From NCBI GenBank assembly GCA_046483985.1, contig JAWOCD010000115.1, forward strand, positions 18,584 through 82,583: a stretch of DNA of 64,000 bases, written 5' to 3'. The notes under the pieces are model-generated. The model worked only from the letters and a program-made list of their open reading frames with translations, had not been told where the DNA came from and made no database searches. The stretch is from Promethearchaeia archaeon (lineage in GTDB: Archaea; Asgardarchaeota; Lokiarchaeia; Sigyniarchaeales; SOKP01). Positions 51,689-60,593 of the stretch are shown one piece after another. How positions within the stretch are numbered: the stretch's first letter is position 1; the number at the start of each line of letters is the position of its first letter. The position numbers were made by a program, and so were the translations under genes.

Positions 51689-51779
51689 ATATAGTTTAAT
51701 TTTTTAGGTTTGTTTTCCATCAAGTTTTTAGTCTAACCATAAATTCTTAGGATTAAATTTTAATTACCAGAACTACTAA

Positions 51780-52145
51780 ATGCCAATGAATTATGATTAT
51801 AAACAAGTAATTTTAATAAGAACTGACTTGGGTATGAGTACTGGGAAAAAATGTGCGCAAGCATGTCATGCAGCAGTTTCTGCAGCGGACTTGGTTCGGA
51901 GGGGAAAAAGATCTATATGGAAAACGTGGAAAAGAGCGGGACAAAAAAAGGTTATTCTTAAAGTTAAAGCGCTGAAGGATCTACAGGAGATTATTGACCA
52001 ACTGAAGCAAAAAGATATCCCTCATTTTATGGTCCAAGATGCCGGATTAACCCAACTCACACCTGGAACAATTACTGCGCTGGGGATTGGCCCACTAAAG
52101 TCGAGAGAGGTCGACCCTATTACGGGGAATTTAAAATTGTTATGA
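51780..52145 (+). CDS. pth2: Peptidyl-tRNA hydrolase 2
   Basis: [27 protein letters not shown]. Confidence 0.95.
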   Translation: MPMNYDYKQVILIRTDLGMSTGKKCAQACHAAVSAADLVRRGKRSIWKTWKRAGQKKVILKVKALKDLQEIIDQLKQKDIPHFMVQDAGLTQLTPGTITALGIGPLKSREVDPITGNLKLL

Positions 52146-52190
52146 ATATTTTTAGATTTTTATCATAAGAGTGCGAGAAAATCAAAAACA

Positions 52191-53573
52191 ATGAAGTTAC
52201 ACCATGAGTTCCCAACTAATGACGAACGAGAAGTAGAAGAGTTTTGCGGTATCGAAACCTTTGCTTCTGAAGAGATCGAGGGAATTGGCGGAATTTATAA
52301 AAGAAAGTACCAAGATTTTATTGTTAAAGAAATGTTGGACAGTGGTGATATCCTGGAAATCAAGGAGGATTATCCCAGCCCTCCATTTTCTCAGCTCACA
52401 AATGACAATTTTACCACATTTAATCTGATAAAGATTAATATGGACACATTTGAAGCCACGAGAAGATTAAGTAGAGCGCTTAATATCCCCAAAAGGAATA
52501 TCTTTTATTCGGGCTTGAAGGATAAAAAAGCGATCACTGTGCAAAAGATGTCAATCGGAGGAAATCATATTAAGAATCTCAAAGAATTGGATATCAATGA
52601 TATGTTCTTTCGATGTATCAACCCGACAAAGTATCCTGTACACATCGGCGACCATTGGGGAAACCATTTTATCATCACCTTACGGGATATTGAAAAGAGA
52701 AAAGGCTTAGAAGGGCACATCAAAGAAATAATCGATATTCTCGCGAAAAAAGGATTCCCTAATTATTTTGGTTTACAGCGATTTGGGACTTATAGACCTA
52801 ATTCTCATCTTGTCGGTCAATATCTCATACAAGGAGAATATAAAAAAGCATTCCAGGAATATGTTATTACTACGTATTCCACCGAAGCTCCCGAAAGTAA
52901 AAAAGCACGGAAATTTCTGGCTAAAACATGGGATATTGAGGAATCTATTAAAAAGTTTCCCGAAAGTTTATATTATGAGCGTCAGATACTAAGATATCTC
53001 ATGGAAAACCCTGGAGATTATAGAGGAACGTTTGAAATAATTTCTTCAGACCTCAAGAATTTAATCGTGAGTTCTTTTCAATCGTATTTATTTAATAAGA
53101 TGATTTCCCTCCGAGTGGAAGAGGGTATTTCGCTGTTTGAACCAGAAGAAGGAGATTGCATCTGCATTTTAGATGAAGAAAAGGGGCTCAGTACCAAAAC
53201 AAAATACATCTATGGGGATAGAGAGGGAAAATATGATAAATATCTGGATCAAGCGCTTGAAATGGATCATGCAGCAATTGCCATCCCAATAATTGGCTAT
53301 GATACGGATCTCGAAGAATTTCCCTTGATGAAATCACTATTCCAGAAGTTTGTTGCGAATAAAGACTTTAATACCGAGATCTTCGAGAGCCCTTTATTGG
53401 ATGATTTGGATTTTAAGGGAACTCTCCGAACAATGATGATAAAACCCCTAGGGCTTAGATTTATAGAATTAGAACCCGATGAATTGTACTCCGGAAAAAT
53501 GAAGCTCAAAATTGAGTTTTCACTACCGAAGGGTTCGTATGCAACAATGCTCTTGAGAGAGTTTATAAAATAA
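52191..53573 (+). CDS. truD: tRNA pseudouridine(13) synthase TruD
   Basis: DFIVKE, GLKDKKAIT.Q, GNHF, PNYFGLQRFG, LPKGSYAT..LRE. Confidence 0.95.
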   Translation: MKLHHEFPTNDEREVEEFCGIETFASEEIEGIGGIYKRKYQDFIVKEMLDSGDILEIKEDYPSPPFSQLTNDNFTTFNLIKINMDTFEATRRLSRALNIPKRNIFYSGLKDKKAITVQKMSIGGNHIKNLKELDINDMFFRCINPTKYPVHIGDHWGNHFIITLRDIEKRKGLEGHIKEIIDILAKKGFPNYFGLQRFGTYRPNSHLVGQYLIQGEYKKAFQEYVITTYSTEAPESKKARKFLAKTWDIEESIKKFPESLYYERQILRYLMENPGDYRGTFEIISSDLKNLIVSSFQSYLFNKMISLRVEEGISLFEPEEGDCICILDEEKGLSTKTKYIYGDREGKYDKYLDQALEMDHAAIAIPIIGYDTDLEEFPLMKSLFQKFVANKDFNTEIFESPLLDDLDFKGTLRTMMIKPLGLRFIELEPDELYSGKMKLKIEFSLPKGSYATMLLREFIK

Positions 53574-53815
53574 TCTTTAACTTCGCCTTTTAAACTGAAC
53601 ATCGTGGAACATTTCTACACCCATAATATCTACCGTTTTGATTTGCACTGGAACATTTTTATCTGGGAGGAGTTCAAAAAACGGACTTGAAAGACTTAAT
53701 GCTCGTTTTTTAGAGGTTCGGTAAGAAACCAAGTCTGGTATAAAAATCGTTCCATTATGGTCAAATTTGACCCTCCCAAAAATCCTTAATTTTATAATTA
53801 TTTAAAATTAACTGA

Positions 53816-54031
53816 TTAGCAAATTTTTCCACTTTTTTTTGTCAGATTTTCTTGACTTCCTCTTTTAGATGCTTTCATCAGTTTTTTCTTGTTTTTTCTT
53901 TTTGAATGGATGGGATGAGGATATAACTCTTTATTTTCGAACGTAAACCCCTTATATTTGTCAAGAATTTGCTGAATTTGAAGTTCTGTTCGCTCCCAAT
54001 TTAATTTGACCATAATTAAATTAAAATCCAA
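53816..54031 (-). CDS. Hypothetical small basic protein
   Basis: ORF only. Confidence 0.3.
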   Translation of the reverse strand: MDFNLIMVKLNWERTELQIQQILDKYKGFTFENKELYPHPIHSKRKNKKKLMKASKRGSQENLTKKSGKIC

Positions 54032-54109
54032 ATAGGTAAAAATTTTATTCTAAAGTTCCTTTTAAAAAATAACATTTTAGAAAAAATAAATTAAAGGAAA
54101 CTGAACAAA

Positions 54110-55429
54110 ATGCTAGACAAACTAGGAGATTGGAGAAAAACCCATTATACAAAAGATATTACGTCCGATTTAGTCGGTGAAGAAGTTCTTCTCGGCGGAT
54201 GGGTGCGTAACTTTCGAGATCTGGGAGGTCTTAAATTTATTAGCCTTCAAGATAAATATGGAGAGCGGCAAGTCACCTTAAAAAAAGGTGTGGTCTCGGA
54301 TGAGGTATTTGAGAAAGCAAAAGTCGGGTATCAATATTGTATCATGGTAAAAGGAAAAGTAAAAGCCTTTGATAAGGCACCTGGCGGTATTGAAATTGTT
54401 CCTTCCGACTTGAAGATCTTAAATAAAACTCCAGAAAAGCTTCCCATAGATATGACGGGGGAAACCGTAAGTGAATTGGATCTACGTTTAGATAATCGCC
54501 CATTAGATTTACGATCTCTGAGAAACCAAGCGATTTTTGAAATTCGAGGAGAATTGCTCCGCTCTATTCGTAAATTTCTCTTTTCTGAGAATTTTACGGA
54601 AATGACTACCCCGAAGATTATTGGGTCGGCAACGGAGGGAGGAACAGAATTATTTCCCATAATGTATTTTGAACGAGAAGCTTTTTTGACCCAATCGGCT
54701 CAATTATATAAAGAGCAGTTAAGCGGAGTATACGAACGAGTTTTTGAATTGAGCCCTTGCTTTCGAGCGGAAAAAAGTCATACAAAGCGGCATCTCTGCG
54801 AAATTTTTATGTTGGATATTGAAATGGCTTTTGCAAATATGCATGATGTGTTAGATATTATGGAAAATTTGATTCATAATGCCATCAAAGATGTCAGAGA
54901 GAATAAGATGCCGGAGCTTAAATTTTTGGATATGGAAGATAAAACGGTAATCCCTGAAGTTCCATTTCCTCGCTATACATACGAAGAGATCTTAGATATT
55001 CTTAGCACAAAATTCGATATTGAGATCCCCTTTGGAGAAGATATTCCAACAGAAGCGTATCGTAAGCTCGGGACGGAATTAACGGGATATTATTATATTA
55101 CGCATTGGCCGATGTCAATTAAGCCATTTTATATTATGCCGTCCGAAGACCCCAAATATAGTGAATCATTTGATCTACAGAAGGGTTGGCTAGAACTTAC
55201 TTCGGGAGGGACACGGGTTCATGATAAAGAATATTTAGAGAAAGCCTTGGATGATAAGGGATTAAATCCAGAATCTTTCCAATATCACTTAAAAACATTC
55301 GATTTTGGAATGCCTCCACATGCTGGCGTTGGTCTGGGAATAGCTCGATGGTTGACAATCTTATGTGGATTAGATGACGTTAGAGAGGCAGTAATGTATC
55401 CGAGGACGCCCGATCGGTTAGAGCCGTAG
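54110..55429 (+). CDS. aspS: Aspartate--tRNA ligase, archaeal type (probably non-discriminating)
   Basis: OB fold with KAPGG loop, ATEGG, QSAQLYK, FRAE, GMPPHAG.GLG.AR. Confidence 0.94.
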   Translation: MLDKLGDWRKTHYTKDITSDLVGEEVLLGGWVRNFRDLGGLKFISLQDKYGERQVTLKKGVVSDEVFEKAKVGYQYCIMVKGKVKAFDKAPGGIEIVPSDLKILNKTPEKLPIDMTGETVSELDLRLDNRPLDLRSLRNQAIFEIRGELLRSIRKFLFSENFTEMTTPKIIGSATEGGTELFPIMYFEREAFLTQSAQLYKEQLSGVYERVFELSPCFRAEKSHTKRHLCEIFMLDIEMAFANMHDVLDIMENLIHNAIKDVRENKMPELKFLDMEDKTVIPEVPFPRYTYEEILDILSTKFDIEIPFGEDIPTEAYRKLGTELTGYYYITHWPMSIKPFYIMPSEDPKYSESFDLQKGWLELTSGGTRVHDKEYLEKALDDKGLNPESFQYHLKTFDFGMPPHAGVGLGIARWLTILCGLDDVREAVMYPRTPDRLEP

Positions 55430-55563
55430 TATCGTTAATCGGAGTAAAAAGCACTTATGACTGGGTATTTGAAATATTCGAAAATGAAGATAAAAGTGGA
55501 ATTAATTTTAATTTGTATTTTTTTTTAATAAATAAAAAAATTTAGTCATAATTTGGAATAAAT

Positions 55564-56481
55564 ATGAGCGAAAATTGGGTAGAAAATTATCTTAAGGCAG
55601 GCGAAGCTGTTATTGCGGCAAAAAGACTTGCTCGCAAAATAGTGAAACCTGGTGTTACTTTTTTAGAAATTGCGAATAGTTGTGAACAAAAAATCTATGA
55701 TTGCGGCTGTGAGCTTTCATTTCCCATTAATATCTCTTTAAATGAAATCGCAGCGCATTACAGTCCACCTATTGATGATAATACTATCGTTCCCGAACGA
55801 GGACTTCTTAAAATCGATATAGGTTCTCACTATGAGGGATATATTGCTGATTCAGCTATTACCATTAATATTGATGATGATCCTTCCCTTCAAAATTATA
55901 TAGATGCCGCTGATGAGGGATTAGAGGCCGCTATTGAGCGCTTCAAACCCGGTACGAAATTATATGAGTTAGGTGAAGCCATCGGCAATGAAATTATTAT
56001 GAAAGGATTACGACCCATAACGAATTTGGGGGGTCATGAATTGAAACGCTATAATCTTCATGCGGGCCCTTTTATCCCTAATTACAAAGAAAAGCGCCAT
56101 AATCAAGTCCTAAAACCAGGGGACGCCTATGCATGCGAACCATTTGCTACTTCTGGTGTGGGAAAAGTAGTTAATGGAAAAAATGCTTATATCTATCGAT
56201 TTGCCAAGAAAAAAAAGAAGAACATCTCATATCAGCACTTAAGTTACATGAACAAAATAGAAAAAGCGACCAAGCAACTTCCCTTTTCTCCTCGACTATT
56301 ATTGCATAAGGGTATTATTCCGAGACAGAAGATCAATCGGATTATCAATATTTTCTTGCAAAAGCAGATATTAGAAAAATACAATATATTAATAGAACGT
56401 ACGAAGGAACCTGTAGCCCAGCAAGAACATACAATTATTCTTGATGAGGATGGAGAAACCATTGTTACAACACGGGAATAA
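55564..56481 (+). CDS. map: Type II methionine aminopeptidase
   Basis: AAHYSP, DIG.H..GYIAD, NLGGH, LHAG, EPF, EHT. Confidence 0.95.
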   Translation: MSENWVENYLKAGEAVIAAKRLARKIVKPGVTFLEIANSCEQKIYDCGCELSFPINISLNEIAAHYSPPIDDNTIVPERGLLKIDIGSHYEGYIADSAITINIDDDPSLQNYIDAADEGLEAAIERFKPGTKLYELGEAIGNEIIMKGLRPITNLGGHELKRYNLHAGPFIPNYKEKRHNQVLKPGDAYACEPFATSGVGKVVNGKNAYIYRFAKKKKKNISYQHLSYMNKIEKATKQLPFSPRLLLHKGIIPRQKINRIINIFLQKQILEKYNILIERTKEPVAQQEHTIILDEDGETIVTTRE

Positions 56482-57334
56482 TAATCCGTTTCAAGATACG
56501 GTTTTTATCTTGTTATGTGCTGGAAAGGGAACTCGACTCCGAACAATTACCAAAAATATTCCTAAATCATTAATTCGGTTAAAACAAATTGGAAATAAAC
56601 CTATTCTTCAATATACAATAGAGAATTTACTGCTTCTCAGTCCAAGACAAATAATTGTGATAACTGGTTATTTATGTCAGAAAATTGATGATTTTCTAGC
56701 GAATTTTGAAAAGACCCATCAATCTGTAAAGGACAAAGTTTCAACTTTTCATGCTTCCAAACGATTTGAATTAGGACCGCTATATTCTTTCATATCAATC
56801 TCGAATAGTAAAAAGTATTTTTCTGAAGACTACAATTATTGCGTCTTACCGGGAGATACTATCTTTGATTTTTCTAAATTTCAATCTATTCAAGAACCAT
56901 TACGGGCACATATTCAAAACGAGCCAGAACTTCCTCTGGTTTTTTATAGAAAAATAATCTCTACTCGATTGGTCCAAGAATTGGATGGTAAAGAAAGACC
57001 TGGACCTCGAAAAATCGTTTCGATTTCAGAATATTGGGGAAAGGGAAGGGATCTTGTTTACTTGAAACAAATCAAGAAAAAGGAAATCCAAGGATGCAGT
57101 AAAGAGCAAATTGTAAATCAGATCATTCCTTTATTCTATTTATCATATGAATTTATTATTAAAATACAAAAGTCTATGCCGGAATACGCTGCTTCTCGAT
57201 TAACCGAAATGATTAATATGCTAATCGAAAATCAAGATGAAAAAATTAAGGCAGTAGAGATTCCTACAGATTTTCGATTTTATGACATAGATACAAAACA
57301 GGATCTCAAACGCGTAGATTTTTCGGAAGAATAA
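56441..57334 (+). CDS. Sugar-phosphate nucleotidyltransferase family protein
   Basis: LCAGKGTRL...IPKSL, GD, DIDT..DL. Confidence 0.8.
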   Translation: MMRMEKPLLQHGNNNPFQDTVFILLCAGKGTRLRTITKNIPKSLIRLKQIGNKPILQYTIENLLLLSPRQIIVITGYLCQKIDDFLANFEKTHQSVKDKVSTFHASKRFELGPLYSFISISNSKKYFSEDYNYCVLPGDTIFDFSKFQSIQEPLRAHIQNEPELPLVFYRKIISTRLVQELDGKERPGPRKIVSISEYWGKGRDLVYLKQIKKKEIQGCSKEQIVNQIIPLFYLSYEFIIKIQKSMPEYAASRLTEMINMLIENQDEKIKAVEIPTDFRFYDIDTKQDLKRVDFSEE

Positions 57335-57338
57335 AGAG

Positions 57339-57790
57339 AGACAATAGTAATTCTCCGCTTTAAAGTAGTTAGTGTCTGAATCGAGGTGCGTTTCTTAGTT
57401 CTTGACAATTAAGAATTTCCGTTTTGCTGTTATATTGTTAGAAGTTTGTCTTGCGTATCGGTATAGTGTGATAAAGGGAGATCTTTTATACAACGTGTCA
57501 GAACTCATCAAAGAACGTAGGACGTATTGAGAATTACTGTTTTGGTTATTGACGGATGAGAATTACTATGTAAATGGTAAGGATTGTACTATATTTGTCC
57601 TATAGTAGTAAGGAATTATAGACTATTTTATGTATTTGGAATAAAATGTAATGTCAAATTACTATTAATTGGATTCAGTAGTACGGAACTGAGTATAAAA
57701 GTAATCTGTTCTAATAATGTCGGTTATCTAACAGCGTATAAACTGTTTTTGTGCTAACTTAAACAATGCGCAATAGATTTACTATTGTCT
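57339..57790. ncRNA. Candidate large structured non-coding RNA (strand unresolved)
   Basis: No ORF of 60 aa or more. Terminal inverted repeat AGACAATAGTAA/TTACTATTGTCT, and at least 7 internal hairpins, most with G-T pairs on the + strand. Confidence 0.5.
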
Positions 57791-57812
57791 GTTATAATTA
57801 TAATGAATCTCT

Positions 57813-57830
57813 TATTTAAATGTTTTGTTT
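57813..57830 (-). promoter_or_regulatory. Putative BRE-TATA promoter pointing into the 57339-57790 element
   Basis: Minus strand AAACAAAACA-TTTAAATA ends 23 nt before 57790, which is canonical archaeal spacing. Confidence 0.4.
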
Positions 57831-57958
57831 TAGATTTCTAGGGATAATTATTAAAAAGCTTTTCTGCAGCAGTGGAATTCAAATTCAGATTAAGAATTCT
57901 AAATGCACACTTTACTAACCAATAATATTTATATTTTAGATTCTTTTACTAATAGAAT

Positions 57959-58351
57959 ATGTCTGAAGCAAAGATTCCCATTGAATTTAAGCTCTTTGGT
58001 GTGGGGGAATTAAAAGGGGTTTTTTTGCGCCATCTCTCTCCGATTTGTGCGGATGCTCTTTTGCGTAAGATGCCCTTTGTTCTACGGGGAAGATTTCACT
58101 TCGGCTCGAAAGATTTTTGGATTCTCCCAGGGCTCGGAATTAAAAAGGGCGTAAACCAAAAAGCCAAAAAGGACACAGAGAAAGGAGATATCTTTTATAA
58201 TCCTAAATCTGACGAACTTATTATTATATTAGAAGCAAAACAAATGCAGAATAAAATGAATAAACTCGGTGAGATTACCTCGAATTTAGATATTCTAAAA
58301 GAGGCACGGAACGGATTAAGTATGAAAATCTCCAAAAAGGAGGTAAAGTAA
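57959..58351 (+). CDS. Cyclophilin-like fold protein
   Basis: LSP....LLRKMP...EKGDIFYNP...LIIIL...NKLG. Confidence 0.6.
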   Translation: MSEAKIPIEFKLFGVGELKGVFLRHLSPICADALLRKMPFVLRGRFHFGSKDFWILPGLGIKKGVNQKAKKDTEKGDIFYNPKSDELIIILEAKQMQNKMNKLGEITSNLDILKEARNGLSMKISKKEVK

Positions 58352-58357
58352 TAAAAT

Positions 58358-59176
58358 ATGGCGGTCGCAAAAAGGCTTACGGTCGTCTTTATGTTTTTCT
58401 ATTTAGCGATTATTATCTATTTAATGCTCTTTTTTAATGTACCTGAGTTTAGACAAGCAGTTATGGAATCGCGTAGTAATGTAGCTTTAATTACAGAAGG
58501 TTCAAATTATTATTGGGCCTTGGCAATCTCATTGGGTATCTGTTTTTTAGGGTCTGCTTCGATTGGATTCCCGATTCCATTTCCTTTTGTCTTATTTTCA
58601 TTAAGCAATTCGGTATATATTAGATATTTAGATTTGTTGGGGAACTTAACCGAAGTGCTTCAGTCTGCTCCATTTTGGTTGGAAATCCTCGGTTTAGCAA
58701 TTGCAGGCGGCTTAGGAAGTGCATTAGGGGAATTTTCCGGTTATGCAGTGGGGTATGGAGCTAAAAAACTGGTAGAGGAAAAGAAATCTGGCCTTCTTAA
58801 AAATATTGATGGATTTGGAAAAGTCGTATTGGAAAACGAAGACAAAATTCCGTTTTATATATTTTTATTTGCATTAACACCCTTACCTGACGATATTCTC
58901 TTTTTACCTCTTGGAATGATGAAGTATCCCGCATGGAAATGTATTATTCCCGGCTGGTTAGGAAAGAATTTTACGACAATTTTTTATTGTGCTTGGCCCG
59001 TGTTGATCGCTTTAGGTTTTACCGCAAGCGGCATAGAACTTAATGACACTTCAAGTATCATAACAGAGGCTATCATGCTATTAGTTACCATCACTATCAT
59101 GTTTTTCATATTGAGTTTTAACTGGAACCACTATTTAGAAAAACGTAGAGAAGATAAAGCGGATGAAGAAAACTGA
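58358..59176 (+). CDS. DedA/VTT (SNARE-associated) family membrane protein
   Basis: GGLGSALGE..GY..GYG, FALTPLPDD, G..GK. Confidence 0.85.
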   Translation: MAVAKRLTVVFMFFYLAIIIYLMLFFNVPEFRQAVMESRSNVALITEGSNYYWALAISLGICFLGSASIGFPIPFPFVLFSLSNSVYIRYLDLLGNLTEVLQSAPFWLEILGLAIAGGLGSALGEFSGYAVGYGAKKLVEEKKSGLLKNIDGFGKVVLENEDKIPFYIFLFALTPLPDDILFLPLGMMKYPAWKCIIPGWLGKNFTTIFYCAWPVLIALGFTASGIELNDTSSIITEAIMLLVTITIMFFILSFNWNHYLEKRREDKADEEN

Positions 59177-59276
59177 CTCAATTCGATTACTAATGGCTGT
59201 ATAAAATCCAAAATTCCGATTTTTTTAATGGATTTATATTTTCTTTCTGTAGTTTGCGAGATTCAGATTTTTATTC

Positions 59277-59465
59277 CTATTTTTGGTTATTATTCTTTAA
59301 GCAGTTTTTGCAAACGAATACCGTTTTCTTTTTGTTCTCTTTAGTCTCATCGTAGTAGATTTGTTTAAAGATATATGAACCACAAATCTCGCACACTGCT
59401 TTGGTCCTTTCTTCTTTCAATAGAGGCCCTAAGTTGTCAAAATTTGATTTCGATTTTGATTTCAT
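59277..59465 (-). CDS. Small Zn-finger protein
   Basis: CEICG...VCKNC. Confidence 0.6.
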   Translation of the reverse strand: MKSKSKSNFDNLGPLLKEERTKAVCEICGSYIFKQIYYDETKENKKKTVFVCKNCLKNNNQK

Positions 59466-59500
59466 GGTTTTTGGTTTTTGGCTGTAGAATCTGTTTAAAT

Positions 59501-59812
59501 TTAAATATAAGATTTCTCTAGTAGAATTTCAATTTTTGAAATCATGTTTTTGTTGAATTTATCGTTCCTGTTCCGTTTATTGTGTCTTCTTTTTTGGTTA
59601 TAGTAAGGTCGACTTCCTAATGAAATATTCGCAACCTCCAAGGTGGGATATAGCTTTTGCTTCAGAATTTCTGCTATTTCCACCACGGTTGATATTTCTT
59701 GACCTTCCCCTCTGATAAGTAATGACTTCTGACCGCCTGAAAACATAAAAATTGCTTCTTTGATCTTTTTATGTTTATCTCTTCTGTTTTTAATGTAAAT
59801 CGTATTTGTCAT
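59501..59812 (-). CDS. Alba-like nucleic-acid binding protein (divergent)
   Basis: IRGEGQEISTVVEIAEILK...ISLGS...ISKIEILL. Confidence 0.75.
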   Translation of the reverse strand: MTNTIYIKNRRDKHKKIKEAIFMFSGGQKSLLIRGEGQEISTVVEIAEILKQKLYPTLEVANISLGSRPYYNQKRRHNKRNRNDKFNKNMISKIEILLEKSYI

Positions 59813-60093
59813 AAGATATCATTATAAAAAAGTGAATATAACTGACCTATTTAAATTACTTGAAAAGAAGTTCACTGTATAATTAATATGATTCAAGTAA
59901 TTTAAACAATATGTTTATAAAAATTTTTCCTACTATAACTATCTCTTACAAGTATTTAAACATTTTTTAAGAACTACTTGAAATAGGAAAAGATCATAAT
60001 TGCCTTCATGCAATATAAACTATATAAACTCTAAAAATAAAATTACATGTAAGAAAAAACTAATAAATAAGAAAAGAAAAAAATAAAAAAATA

Positions 60094-60576
60094 ATGTCTG
60101 AAACCGATATTATTTTCGAATGCAAGAATTGTGGCTGGGCATTTTCTCTTCAGAGAAATGAAAAATGTCCTATGTGCGATGCCACTCCTGAATTCGATAA
60201 AAAGTTTATAAGAGAAACTCTTCGAGAATACGCTCGCAGAAAAGGCATATATCTTAAAAAGCGAACATGTAAAAAATTAGTAAATGAATTCGAAGAAAAT
60301 TATGGAAGGCTTCCCTCCTTTAAAGAGATCTGGACGATTGCGAACAAAGCAGTTGAACAAGTGAAAGAGGGAGGAGAAATTTCTTTAGATGTAATTCAAG
60401 AAAAAGTTCAAAAAGTAAAAAAGAAGCAACGCAAAAAACAACAACGTAAGAAACAATTAGCAGAAAAGAGAGGGGTTTCCAAAACTAAGAAAAAAGATCT
60501 TAAATGTCCAGAATGTGGCCATGAGAACCCTGCAGATTCAAAATTTTGCTTAGAATGTGGGCATGAATTAAAATAA
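60094..60576 (+). CDS. Protein with N- and C-terminal zinc ribbons
   Basis: CKNCG...CPMC and CPECG...FCLECG. Confidence 0.7.
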   Translation: MSETDIIFECKNCGWAFSLQRNEKCPMCDATPEFDKKFIRETLREYARRKGIYLKKRTCKKLVNEFEENYGRLPSFKEIWTIANKAVEQVKEGGEISLDVIQEKVQKVKKKQRKKQQRKKQLAEKRGVSKTKKKDLKCPECGHENPADSKFCLECGHELK

Positions 60577-60593
60577 GTTTTTCTTTTGACCTT

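Noticed and set aside
57339-57790. RNase P RNA, SRP RNA, CRISPR array, hammerhead ribozyme or oriC
   Set aside because: No GAGGAAAGUCC or P4 motifs and no SRP helix-8 motif. Repeats are short and irregularly spaced. The minus-strand TTGATGAG lacks a matching GAAA core. There are no ORB boxes or cdc6 gene.
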